Shown: positions 18,706 to 28,583, numbered from the stretch's first letter. The stretch: DNA of 64,000 nt from Bacteroidota bacterium (GCA_037441645.1 JBBIRU010000020.1:13064-77063), one strand, 5' to 3'. Numbers and translations: made by a program. Notes: generated by a model from the letters alone, not told the origin.

Positions 18706-21700
18706 TTAAAAACTTAATTGCAAGCCCAAATGAATCGTTCTTGCATAGACATAATTATAGGGGTAATTAGCGTACATGCTGTAATAATTCCTGAAAGCTT
18801 CGGGATCGTTTTGAGCATTTATAAAAACCTGGTTCTTTGAATTTGACAAATAGCCATCGTCATCGGGATTTCCAGTCTCACTATATACAGATATAACTCC
18901 TTTGTTATTAAAGAGGTTACTTATTTCTAAATATACATTCAGGTTAGCTGTTTTCTTGTTCTCGCCTTCACCTTTACCATACTTTAATTCAATATCACGA
19001 TCTACTCGGAGGTTTACAGTAAAGCGAGATGGCTTACGTGATCCATTAATTGAGCCTATCAATTTACTATCATATAAATTTCTTTTGCTATAAGGTGAAC
19101 CGGATCCATAATTTAAAGTAAGGTTCGCTCCTGTGTTTTGTAAAATATCTTTACCTGCTATTTTAGGACCAGTATATGCCCGGCCACTGGCAAATCTGTA
19201 GTCGATATTACCAACCAAGGCATGGCGCTGATCGTAATCAAGAGGAATAGTGGTTCTTAAATTGGGCTGGCCTGTTTGAATAAGAGCCTTACTGGTTTCA
19301 ACATTGGAACCCGTTCCGTTGGCAAACTGTAAAGTATAGCTGGCACGGAAAGTAACATTTCCGGTTCGACGAAGATCATAAGCCAAGGTTAATCCTTTGA
19401 TAGTTCCAAAGTCAATATTCGCATAAGTCATGTACTGGGAGGGGTATGCTCCATATATATATTGAACCTGGATCATATCTTTCATTTCACGGTAAAAAGC
19501 TGAAAGTTTTAAGGATGAAGTATTGCTTAATTTCTGCTGGAAACCAAGTTCATAATCAACTGTTCTTTCTGTTTTTAAATCGGGATTATTTATTGCATTA
19601 TTCGCTTTTGTCTGTAAGAACATATAATCAATCGGGCTTAAGCGTTCGGTATTGTCCGTAGGACGTTTGGTTAATATGTCATAATGAGCAAAGAACAATG
19701 CAACGTCGGAAATAGGAAATGAAAAAGCAATACGAGGCATTACGTTAATCTGGGGTTCATAATCTTTAAATCCATTAATACTGAGTTCTTGTTTGGCAAT
19801 AGCATTTAACCCGGTTTCTTCAATAATTGGATTCATGTTTCCGGCTGATTCTAGTAGTTTAGGATCATTTATTTGAGTTCCATTAGCATCGTACCACTTT
19901 GCATCTGTAACAGAATTCCCTACTCTATACCCTGTTATTCTCGATGCTAAACTGAGACTTGTATTATCAGCATAAACCACTGCATCTTGAGGAATATTTC
20001 CGGGATGATATCCATTTTGATTAAGCGAACCGGGAACCTGGCTTAAAGATTTTGTTTCATACAAACAATATGGATCTTTTAATACCATCTGGTTTGCATC
20101 ATACCTGTCAACACGAATACCGACATTAAAAACGAGGTCGTTAAAAGCAAATTTATCCTGAATATAAGCAGCTCCATAGATAGGTTGAAACGAAGGTATT
20201 TCTCTGGTAAAATTTCCCTCATCGTCTTTTGCCGAAATAAAATCGTTTAAACTTGGTTTATGGGTTAGTTTCTTTCCATGATGATCATAACCGTAATAAG
20301 TTACTACATTATTGCCAGAGGCTATCAATTCATCAGCGCTAAAGAAGTCAATTGAATATATAGATAAATCATACGAGTCAAAATCTATCCAGTTGGTTCC
20401 GTCAACAGGCATTCCTAATTTTTCTCTTAATTTTTTATCGAATTGAAATTGGCTTCCGCCATTATAAAGTTGGTCATACCAAATAGTATCCTGAAAAACA
20501 CCATTGGCATCATAAACATAATGTGGATGTTCTTTATCTAATTCATTAATATGATAATTTGTATACTGGCGTCCTAAAGTCCATAAATTCATAGGAGTTA
20601 TGGAAAAATAATTGTCGTTACGTTGTTCAAATTCAAAACCGAGCGAAATTTCATGATCTTTTACATCGGCTGATCCTGAAGCAGAAAGTCTGAATTGGCT
20701 GTTATCTGCTTTTGAAAAATATTCATAAGCTGAACCAGGACTGTTAAAAAATTCCGAAGCACTTCCCGGTTTTTCAAATATATGATCCGGGTTCTCGCCG
20801 TTTAGCAATCCGCCGGCAGCCTGAACTACTTCTTTGCTGGAATAAATACCACTGCTAACAGGATATAAACTATAGAAATTGCTGGTATAGGCAGTAAGAT
20901 CAGGATTTAGGTCTGCTGCTTCAAAAGCGTAAAAAAGATCTTGTGTCTGGTCTTGTTCATAAACGCCCGTTTCAAAGCCGGGTATGTCTTTTGTAAATTT
21001 ATATGTTTTTTCCCGTGTAGTAGTAAATTTTCCGACATATCCATATTTAAAGAAATCATCTTTATTATTAGGATCCTGTATAATAAAATTATATTTGGAA
21101 TAATCTACCTGTAACTGATAGTATGCATTTTTAATTAACGCAGTGGCATTTTCTTTTTCATTACTACTTTGAAATTTCTGAGTTAACCTGACATAACCTC
21201 TGACGGTATTTTGAATATCTTCTCCATTGTGATTTGAATTAAACAATGAATTGGCATAAGTGAATCTTTTTGATTTATTATAATCCACTGTTGCACCAAA
21301 AGTAAGATTTACATTACGGGATGGCTTGACATCAATTTTTCCGGTAACCATCATTTGTGATGATTGAGCGTTATCTCTCGCTTTTACAGTTTCGAAGTTA
21401 TCGGCATTTAGATATACTCCATTTAAAATAGATTGAAATGCATCATCTGAAGAAGATGGCACAAATGGCTTATAAGGATTCTGGAGAAGTTCATCTGAAA
21501 CCCCATCTTTAGCTTTTTTCCAACCAATTACTGAAGGAGCATCATCTTTAATATAATTATAGCTGGCAGAGATAAAGTAACCTGCAATAACATCCTTCTT
21601 TATTTTAGTTGAATCATAAGAATCTACCGTTTTCTTTGAAAAAAGTGGCCCGGTTACCATTAATTCAGCAAGATTATAATTGTAAGGATCTAAAAACTTA

Positions 21701-22425
21701 GAGGTAACCAATTCAACTGCCCCATATGTTTCGCGGGCAGGCTCTTTGGTTGTAATACTGATAATACCACCGGTAACATCACCATATTTAGCCGGGATAC
21801 CGCCGGTTATTACATCAACCTGACCGGTAGCGGATTTTGGTAAAGCGGTAGAACTATTGGAAATAACTTTAACACCATCTATATAATATACAGTTGCCTC
21901 GGAACGGGCGCCACGAACACTTAAAGAACCTGAACTTCCTCTATCGGAGTAAACTCCTCCAACGGTTGTTGCAACTGCTTCGGCAGAACGACCGGGCATC
22001 TTAGAAATTTCTTCTGAAGTTACAGAACCTCCGGCCTGCGTCTGGTCCTTGCTGATTAAAGGAACTTTGTATTCTTTCACTTCCACTTCGTTCAACTGCT
22101 GAACAGAAGCAGTGATTCTAAAATCCTGGAAAGTTATTTTACCGGACATGATCTTCATTCCTTTGTATTGTAAAGGATGATAACCCACATAGGATGCTTT
22201 TACATCATATGTTCCAGCAGGTATTGGCTTGATAACAAATTTGCCATCAAAGTCAGTCATACCCCCGGTAATTATCTGGCCATTAGATTCGATACTGACA
22301 TTAGCAAATGCGATTGCTTCGCCGGTTGTAGCATCCAAAACTTTTCCCTGCAATGTTCCTGATTGTGCAAATGCACCTGATGAAATCATTGCTGCAACAA
22401 AAACGAATATTATCTTTCGTAACAT
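18706..22425 (-). CDS. TonB-dependent receptor with N-terminal carboxypeptidase-regulatory-like domain
   Basis: GKVLDATTGEAIAFANV N-domain; VRGAR...YYIDGV...VITGGIPAKYGD plug; PRIAFSFPI; NLFN; C-terminal LQLSF. Confidence 0.92.
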   Translation of the reverse strand: MLRKIIFVFVAAMISSGAFAQSGTLQGKVLDATTGEAIAFANVSIESNGQIITGGMTDFDGKFVIKPIPAGTYDVKASYVGYHPLQYKGMKIMSGKITFQDFRITASVQQLNEVEVKEYKVPLISKDQTQAGGSVTSEEISKMPGRSAEAVATTVGGVYSDRGSSGSLSVRGARSEATVYYIDGVKVISNSSTALPKSATGQVDVITGGIPAKYGDVTGGIISITTKEPARETYGAVELVTSKFLDPYNYNLAELMVTGPLFSKKTVDSYDSTKIKKDVIAGYFISASYNYIKDDAPSVIGWKKAKDGVSDELLQNPYKPFVPSSSDDAFQSILNGVYLNADNFETVKARDNAQSSQMMVTGKIDVKPSRNVNLTFGATVDYNKSKRFTYANSLFNSNHNGEDIQNTVRGYVRLTQKFQSSNEKENATALIKNAYYQLQVDYSKYNFIIQDPNNKDDFFKYGYVGKFTTTREKTYKFTKDIPGFETGVYEQDQTQDLFYAFEAADLNPDLTAYTSNFYSLYPVSSGIYSSKEVVQAAGGLLNGENPDHIFEKPGSASEFFNSPGSAYEYFSKADNSQFRLSASGSADVKDHEISLGFEFEQRNDNYFSITPMNLWTLGRQYTNYHINELDKEHPHYVYDANGVFQDTIWYDQLYNGGSQFQFDKKLREKLGMPVDGTNWIDFDSYDLSIYSIDFFSADELIASGNNVVTYYGYDHHGKKLTHKPSLNDFISAKDDEGNFTREIPSFQPIYGAAYIQDKFAFNDLVFNVGIRVDRYDANQMVLKDPYCLYETKSLSQVPGSLNQNGYHPGNIPQDAVVYADNTSLSLASRITGYRVGNSVTDAKWYDANGTQINDPKLLESAGNMNPIIEETGLNAIAKQELSINGFKDYEPQINVMPRIAFSFPISDVALFFAHYDILTKRPTDNTERLSPIDYMFLQTKANNAINNPDLKTERTVDYELGFQQKLSNTSSLKLSAFYREMKDMIQVQYIYGAYPSQYMTYANIDFGTIKGLTLAYDLRRTGNVTFRASYTLQFANGTGSNVETSKALIQTGQPNLRTTIPLDYDQRHALVGNIDYRFASGRAYTGPKIAGKDILQNTGANLTLNYGSGSPYSKRNLYDSKLIGSINGSRKPSRFTVNLRVDRDIELKYGKGEGENKKTANLNVYLEISNLFNNKGVISVYSETGNPDDDGYLSNSKNQVFINAQNDPEAFRNYYSMYANYPYNYVYARTIHLGLQLSF

Positions 22426-22528
22426 AATCGCTTGATTATTATTTCATTAATTAACTCAATTTTTATACTTAACACTTTTTAACAGAATCGTAAATTTAAA
22501 TAATGAAAATTTAATTTTCCAAACTTTT

Positions 22529-22624
22529 TTTACTAAATTATTAAAATTACTACCAAATGTGCAATTCAGAGTTTCCCAATGGTAGATTTTATTTTCCCAA
22601 CTGCTTGTTAAAGTTTCCGAAAGG
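22529..22624 (-). promoter_or_regulatory. 21-bp-phased direct repeats upstream of the TBDR operon (LytTR-type boxes)
   Basis: TTTCCCAA at 22572 and 22593, TTTCCGAA at 22614; weaker copies near 22529 and 22550. Confidence 0.55.
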
Positions 22625-22676
22625 TGCCTGAATAATTTTATCTGGAATGATTATAAATTACCCCTTGAATTTATAT

Positions 22677-23099
22677 TTAAAAATATTTGGGATTTAATAT
22701 TTCTGAATAAATAATCGCCTTTTGTAACTCTTCTCCTGTTAACGTCAGATCGTTTTTTTCGTTATTTATAACTTGTATCGTTCTATTTATGGATGGTTTA
22801 ATATTTTTCTGCATGGCAGTAAAGGCAGGTTTTTTATTGTTGCTTTTGGAATCATATGTAATGTTATGAGCTTTTGAAACCAGGGTTTTCAAACTATCAT
22901 TTTCAATTCTATCCTGATCTGTTTGTTTTTGTTTATTAATTTCGGCCTGAGGCAGGGTTTCTTTTGCCTGCGGAACCGGAATTGTTGCATTTGTAATATT
23001 CTTTTTTTTCTGATTCTTAATCACATACTGAACAATCAAAACAACAATTGCAATAACAACAGGGATTAATCTTCCAAAGATTTTTTCGTCCATGGCCAA
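22677..23099 (-). CDS. Hypothetical membrane-anchored protein
   Basis: N-terminal TM segment; C-terminal LQKAIIYSEILNPKYF motif typical of Bacteroidota hypotheticals. Confidence 0.75.
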   Translation of the reverse strand: MAMDEKIFGRLIPVVIAIVVLIVQYVIKNQKKKNITNATIPVPQAKETLPQAEINKQKQTDQDRIENDSLKTLVSKAHNITYDSKSNNKKPAFTAMQKNIKPSINRTIQVINNEKNDLTLTGEELQKAIIYSEILNPKYF

Positions 23100-23524
23100 T
23101 GTATTTTTGATAAAGAAATTTTAGGCAATTTAATCTTTTTTCTCGACAATCGCTTCACTGCTCCTTCTTTATGTTTATTGTGATTGACCCGTTTTGCAAA
23201 TTTCAGGTCTTTTCTCATTCTTTTAACAACCTTTCTTTTTGAACTCATTTCTTTAGGATGGTCAATATGTTTCCAGTTTTTTTTAAAAGTTTTTATTTCA
23301 TTATATCCTTTTTTCTTTTCTTCTTTTCTGTTTTTTCTTTCTGTTTTTTTAGCTTCATTCTTTTTAAAAAGGCCTTTTAAATGAATGTTCCATTGTAACT
23401 TTTTTTCAGGAGCCTTATCGATGGAATATCGCTGGGCTGATACATCAAAAGCAGTGAAATTCAGTACGCATATAGTAGTAACCGTGATTAGTATAAAATT
23501 GCTTATCTTTGCATGAATCCTCAT
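23066..23524 (-). CDS. Hypothetical Lys/Arg-rich protein with possible signal peptide
   Basis: Open frame with a hydrophobic stretch ending VSA-Q; start uncertain (23548 or 23524). Confidence 0.55.
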   Translation of the reverse strand: MRIHAKISNFILITVTTICVLNFTAFDVSAQRYSIDKAPEKKLQWNIHLKGLFKKNEAKKTERKNRKEEKKKGYNEIKTFKKNWKHIDHPKEMSSKRKVVKRMRKDLKFAKRVNHNKHKEGAVKRLSRKKIKLPKISLSKIHWPWTKKSLED

Positions 23525-23535
23525 AATTTCAGGAA

Positions 23536-23967
23536 ATGTCCATTTCAAAAATACATCTTTTTTTATTAGCTCTTACATTTGTACTCATCTCCGACGGTTG
23601 TCGAAAAAAAGAAGATTTGGTTCCCAATGTTTATGTAAACTTTACTATTTTTCTAAGCGACCCCGAATTTGCTACCCTGCAAACAATAGGCAATTATGTC
23701 TTTGTTACAGGAGGCGTTTCAGGAATTGTAATTTACCGTAACTCCCAAACAGAATTTACTGCATACGATCGTTGCTGTACTTATAAGCCATCTGAACGTT
23801 GTGCTGTGTTGCCCGACACTTCTAATTCCTTATTCTTAAGGTGCCCGTGCTGTAATTCAAAATTCTCCCTTATTGACGGATCGGTACAATCCGGTCCTGC
23901 CGAACGGGCTCTCACTTCTTACAGTGCCAGTTTCGATCAGAATAACACTTTGCAGGTAACAAATTAA
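23536..23967 (+). CDS. Rieske-like lipoprotein
   Basis: Lipobox SDGC; AYDRCCTY...CPCCNSKFSLIDG...GPA; TATCTTTG promoter at 23504-23511. Confidence 0.8.
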   Translation: MSISKIHLFLLALTFVLISDGCRKKEDLVPNVYVNFTIFLSDPEFATLQTIGNYVFVTGGVSGIVIYRNSQTEFTAYDRCCTYKPSERCAVLPDTSNSLFLRCPCCNSKFSLIDGSVQSGPAERALTSYSASFDQNNTLQVTN

Positions 23968-23972
23968 CATAA

Positions 23973-24005
23973 AAAAATGCGAACATATTAAATATCCGCA
24001 TTTTT
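23973..24005. terminator. Bidirectional terminator between convergent genes
   Basis: AAAAATGCG...CGCATTTTT inverted repeat. Confidence 0.6.
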
Positions 24006-24023
24006 ACTATAACTGTTAATTTT

Positions 24024-25442
24024 TTAATATCTGTAATGTTCGGGTTTATAAGGCCCTTCAACAGGTACACCAATATAATCGGCCTGATCTTTTGTAAGTT
24101 TTGTGAGCTTTACACCAATGTGAGCAAGATGTAAGCGGGCTACCTCTTCATCCAGGTATTTAGGTAAACGATACACCCCTATTTCGTATTTCTTCTGATA
24201 AAGATCGATCTGTGCCAGGGTCTGATTTGTAAATGAATTACTCATAACAAATGACGGATGTCCGGTAGCACAACCTAAATTTACAAGACGGCCTTCCGCC
24301 AACAAAAGTATTGAATGACCGTCGGGAAACACATACTGGTCAACCTGTGGCTTAATGTTAATCTTTTTGATTCCGGGAATGGCTTCCAGTTGAACAACCT
24401 GTATTTCGTTATCAAAATGTCCGATATTACAAACAATTGCTTCATTTTTCATTTTCTGCATATCGGTCGATTTAATAATATCTTTGTTGCCCGTAGTAGT
24501 AACAAAGATGTTTCCTTCCGGAAGCGCATCCTCTAAGGTAGTTACTTCAAATCCTTCCATAGCAGCCTGTAAAGCACAAATGGGGTCAATTTCCGTAACA
24601 ATTACACGGGCGCCATAACTTCTCATCGATTTTGCACAACCCTTACCCACATCGCCATAACCACAAACAACCACTACTTTGCCGGCAATCATTATATCGG
24701 TAGCACGTTTAATTCCATCAGCCAAAGATTCACGACATCCATATAAATTGTCGAATTTCGATTTGGTAACGGAATCATTTACATTGATAGCGGGAAACAA
24801 CAATTCTCCTTTCTCAAACATTTGATACAGACGATGAACGCCTGTTGTGGTTTCTTCTGAAACTCCCTTTATCTCTTTAGCAATTGTATTCCATTTCTTT
24901 GGTTCGGACGAAAGAGTCTTTTTTAATAAATTCTTAATTATTTTTTCTTCCTGTGATCCTGAAGGAATATCAAGAAATTTTGCCTCTTTTTCTGCTTTTA
25001 CGCCCCAATGAATTAATAAAGTAGCGTCTCCGCCATCATCTACAATTGTGGTAGGTCCCTGCCCATTGGGAAATGAAAGAGCCTGTTCGGTACACCACCA
25101 ATATTCTTCAAGAGATTCGCCTTTCCAGGCAAACACAGGGGTTCCGGCAGCAGCAATAGCCGCAGCAGCATGATCCTGGGTCGAAAAAATATTACAACTG
25201 GCCCAGCGAACATCGGCACCTAACTCTACAAGAGTTTCAATTAATACAGCTGTTTGGATTGTCATGTGTAATGAACCCATTATACGGGTCCCTTTCAGCG
25301 GTTTCGACTGTCCGTATTTTTTACGCAGGGACATTAAACCGGGCATTTCGGTTTCTGCTAAAAGAATTTCTTTTCTACCCCATTCCGCTAATGAGATATC
25401 TTTCACCTTATAGGTCATTGTTTCAGACATTATTTCGCTCAT
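24024..25442 (-). CDS. ahcY: Adenosylhomocysteinase
   Basis: [58 protein letters not shown]. Confidence 0.98.
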   Translation of the reverse strand: MSEIMSETMTYKVKDISLAEWGRKEILLAETEMPGLMSLRKKYGQSKPLKGTRIMGSLHMTIQTAVLIETLVELGADVRWASCNIFSTQDHAAAAIAAAGTPVFAWKGESLEEYWWCTEQALSFPNGQGPTTIVDDGGDATLLIHWGVKAEKEAKFLDIPSGSQEEKIIKNLLKKTLSSEPKKWNTIAKEIKGVSEETTTGVHRLYQMFEKGELLFPAINVNDSVTKSKFDNLYGCRESLADGIKRATDIMIAGKVVVVCGYGDVGKGCAKSMRSYGARVIVTEIDPICALQAAMEGFEVTTLEDALPEGNIFVTTTGNKDIIKSTDMQKMKNEAIVCNIGHFDNEIQVVQLEAIPGIKKINIKPQVDQYVFPDGHSILLLAEGRLVNLGCATGHPSFVMSNSFTNQTLAQIDLYQKKYEIGVYRLPKYLDEEVARLHLAHIGVKLTKLTKDQADYIGVPVEGPYKPEHYRY

Positions 25443-25553
25443 AATTTTATTTTTTTTGCAAAAGTAAGAATTTTTTATGGTAGTTTAAGAATTCTATGTT
25501 ATTTGCTTTATACATGTTTGCATTAAGAGTTCTATATTTACAATTATTTTATC

Positions 25554-25994
25554 ATGACGATTTCCATACCTATATATATAGTGAAAGTTGAAGGGGGAGG
25601 GAACCACCTTCTTATAAAATCACGGTTTAACTCATCAGTTCAGGGTTACCTGATTATTGATACCGGCGCTTCAGTTTCTGCCTTCGATAAAGAAACCTGC
25701 CTGCCCTTTTCCAAAAATATAAAATATAAAAAAGAAATACAATCGTCGGGTGTTACAAGCGAATCGTTAAATGCCCAACCTGTTAAAATACATAAACTCT
25801 ACCTGGGACGCTTTCGCTTTGAATTATCTCAGGCAGTACTGATTGATCTTACTCATATAAAACAATTATATTCACAATTCTCAACTAAAAATATACTAGG
25901 ATTACTGGGAGGAAATTTCCTGATTGAACATCGTGCAATAATCGATTATCGTAATAACTTACTTCATTTAGAGACATCATATGAAAAAAATTAA
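25554..25994 (+). CDS. Clan AA retropepsin-like aspartyl protease
   Basis: LIIDTGAS catalytic motif; GLLGGNFL...IIDY. Confidence 0.85.
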   Translation: MTISIPIYIVKVEGGGNHLLIKSRFNSSVQGYLIIDTGASVSAFDKETCLPFSKNIKYKKEIQSSGVTSESLNAQPVKIHKLYLGRFRFELSQAVLIDLTHIKQLYSQFSTKNILGLLGGNFLIEHRAIIDYRNNLLHLETSYEKN

Positions 25995-26811
25995 AAGTAT
26001 TAAATCCTGGGTTAACGAAGGAGATGAAACCTATCTCAAATCATTCATTGAATTCGATGAAAACGGAAATGAAATCAGAAGAGATCTTTATGTTGGACCC
26101 GAAATGCTTGAAACAAAAACGTTGAGTCGTTATAATGAAAAAAGTCTTTTGATTGAAGAAATAAATATAGGCGAGGACAACGAAGAAACCGACCGGACAA
26201 ATATTGAAAGAGATGAGGACGGGAAACCTCTTCAAACAATTATTACCTATGGAGATTCCTCAAAAACCATAAAATTATACCTGCGTGAAGAGAATGATAA
26301 AGCTATTACCATAACAGAGGAAAGTGAGGAAGGAGAATTTGAGAGTATGGAAAAGATTTTACTGGACGAAAAAGGAAATATTATTCAACGGATTTCATAC
26401 GATGAAGACGAAAATATTATTGAACAACATCAATTTGAATATAACGAAAACAAAGATATTTTAAAAGAAATTTCATTTCAGGGTGAGATAAAAGTCAGCG
26501 AAACACATTTTATTTATAATGAGAAAAACGACCTGGTAAAAAGAATTATCCTGAATAATGAAGGCGAAACCATCGACTGGGCCTTATATAAATATGATGA
26601 AAATGGTAAAAATACAGAACAGCAATATGGTGATCATACATTGTATAAAATGGAATACAACGAAAAAGGATTGATTGTTAACGAGCAGAAAGTAAATGCC
26701 ATGGGAGTTGTCGACTACAGTAAAAGCTATACTTATGATGAGTCTGATATTTTAGTAGAAGAGGATGATCTTACCTCCAAAACCACTTATGAATACGAAT
26801 ACTTTACATAA
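25981..26811 (+). CDS. Acidic hypothetical protein with YD/RHS-like repeats
   Basis: Recurrent Y(N/D)E(K/N)G units; overlaps the protease stop. Confidence 0.75.
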   Translation: MKKIKSIKSWVNEGDETYLKSFIEFDENGNEIRRDLYVGPEMLETKTLSRYNEKSLLIEEINIGEDNEETDRTNIERDEDGKPLQTIITYGDSSKTIKLYLREENDKAITITEESEEGEFESMEKILLDEKGNIIQRISYDEDENIIEQHQFEYNENKDILKEISFQGEIKVSETHFIYNEKNDLVKRIILNNEGETIDWALYKYDENGKNTEQQYGDHTLYKMEYNEKGLIVNEQKVNAMGVVDYSKSYTYDESDILVEEDDLTSKTTYEYEYFT

Positions 26812-26901
26812 AACAGAAAGACGGATTCCGGGGAGGAAACCGTCTTTCATTAACCCAAACAACTAACAAACTATGAAAACCGTTAAACTATGTTTAACTG
26901 G
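26810..26901 (-). ncRNA. Candidate small RNA (~90 nt)
   Basis: Perfect TAAATTTG promoter (26904-26911, minus strand), 5' hairpin GUUAAAC-AUA-GUUUAAC, U/G-rich unpaired core, terminator GAAAGACGG...CCGUCUUUC-UGUUUU. Confidence 0.6.
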
Positions 26902-27171
26902 TACAAATTTACAATCAATAAATATGCTCTTCGCATTTTTTTGGCAAATGGTAAAAAGTTGTTTATTAAACCTGTCTTTTGATTGACTAATACAAAAGTG
27001 TGATTCTTAACACCGTAAACCGTTTTAGTTTTGCTTTTGGAGCGTGGATTTCAGCACAATTATTGTTTTTTCATTTTAAGAGATTTTATCCTAAAAATGC
27101 TGATAACGTATGAATTATTATTATTTTTATAGCACAAAAAATGTGATTTCACTTTCAAATTTTACTGTCCA

Positions 27172-27549
27172 ATGAAAACTAACATTCTTTTTTTTGTACT
27201 GATTTTTTTCACAACATTTTCATTTTCCCAGGTCAACCAACAGGTAAAAGTAAACCAGGAAGCACAATATCCCGGTGGCGACCAGGCTTTGGTTCAGTAT
27301 ATCTACCAGAATATTAAATGGCCCGAAGCCACCAAAGGGAAGCTGGTTATGGACGAAATGACTATCAGTCTTGATGTTTTACCCGATAGTTCGGCCATTA
27401 ATGTACTGGCTTTGAAAAAAGTAGGTTTTGGTATCGACGAAGCGGTTGTGGAATTAATTAAGAAAGCGAAATTTATTCCATCTGTTCAGAATAATACTGC
27501 TGTAAAAATGAATATTATGGTTAATATTCCTATTCAGGTAAGAAATTAA
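27172..27549 (+). CDS. TonB C-terminal domain protein (secreted)
   Basis: AQYPGGDQALVQYIYQNIKWP, GFGIDEAVV, FIPSVQNNTAV pattern. Confidence 0.85.
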   Translation: MKTNILFFVLIFFTTFSFSQVNQQVKVNQEAQYPGGDQALVQYIYQNIKWPEATKGKLVMDEMTISLDVLPDSSAINVLALKKVGFGIDEAVVELIKKAKFIPSVQNNTAVKMNIMVNIPIQVRN

Positions 27550-27596
27550 ATGATAAACTTTAATAAAAGCTGAAATTATATAAAAATCTAATAGAA

Positions 27597-28583
27597 TCAG
27601 AACTTCCTGAACCCGATAATTTCTCTTACTTCTTTAATGGTTTTTGTAGCACTGACCCGTGCCTTTTCGGCGCCTTTTTCCATTATTTTTCTTAAGTAAT
27701 CGTTGTTCTGCTGAAGTTCAATTATCTTTTCACGGATAGGTGTAGTAAAATTAATTATATCTTCTGCCAGTTGTTTTTTTAAATCTCCATAACGGATAGT
27801 TCCTTTATTATATGTCTCCATAAACTGGCTTACAGTATCTTCTGCTGAGACTACTTTAAGCAGTGTAAAAAGGTTTTTAATAGGTTCGCTCATTTCCTGA
27901 CCGTCAACAGGACCTGAATCGGTAACCGCACGCATAACTTTTTTACGAATTACTTCAGGTTCATCGGCCAGGTTAATGGCATTGCCCTCCGATTTTCCCA
28001 TTTTTCCTGAACCGTCAAGGCCCGGTATTTTCACCAATTGTTCACCAAAATTATAGGCTGTAGGTTCCGGAAAATAATCTACTTTGTACACTCTGTTAAA
28101 ACGCGCAGCAAAATTCCGGGTCATTTCCAGGTGCTGCTCCTGATCTTTTCCAACAGGCACCTTCACTGCCCTGTGAATCAAAATATCGGCTGCCATTAAT
28201 ACAGGGTAAGTAAGTAGTCCTGAATTTACATTGTTTGGTTGTTTGCGGGCTTTTTCCTTAAAAGTAGTGCAACGCTCCAGTTCTCCCAGGTATGAGTTCA
28301 TATTTAACAACAAGTACAGTTCTGGAATTTCAGGAATATCCGATTGACGGTATAATGTACATTTTTCAGGATCTATCCCGGCGGCAAGATATTCGACCAG
28401 TACCTGTTTTGTGCTTCCGAATAAATCCTCGGGAGTTGGGTGAGTGGTTAAAGAATGGTAATCGGCAATAAAGAAAAAGCAATTATTTTCTTCCTGCATT
28501 TTAACGAAATTTCGCATGGCTCCGAAATAATTTCCCAGATGAAGATTACCGGTCGACCGTATACCGCTTAATACTGTTTCCAT
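27597..28583 (-). CDS. trpS: Tryptophan--tRNA ligase
   Basis: HLGNY (HIGH-like), YPVLMAADIL, VPVGKDQEQH, KMGKS. Confidence 0.97.
   Translation of the reverse strand: METVLSGIRSTGNLHLGNYFGAMRNFVKMQEENNCFFFIADYHSLTTHPTPEDLFGSTKQVLVEYLAAGIDPEKCTLYRQSDIPEIPELYLLLNMNSYLGELERCTTFKEKARKQPNNVNSGLLTYPVLMAADILIHRAVKVPVGKDQEQHLEMTRNFAARFNRVYKVDYFPEPTAYNFGEQLVKIPGLDGSGKMGKSEGNAINLADEPEVIRKKVMRAVTDSGPVDGQEMSEPIKNLFTLLKVVSAEDTVSQFMETYNKGTIRYGDLKKQLAEDIINFTTPIREKIIELQQNNDYLRKIMEKGAEKARVSATKTIKEVREIIGFRKF

Noticed and set aside
25443..25553. SAH/SAM riboswitch upstream of ahcY
   Set aside because: Short AT-rich divergent promoter region with no room for a recognizable aptamer.
26873..26986. 37-codon plus-strand ORF MKTVKLCLTG... 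with a good start context
   Set aside because: Lies just after a hairpin, spans the minus-strand promoter and has no obvious own promoter; the sRNA reading explains more features, though the peptide is not excluded.
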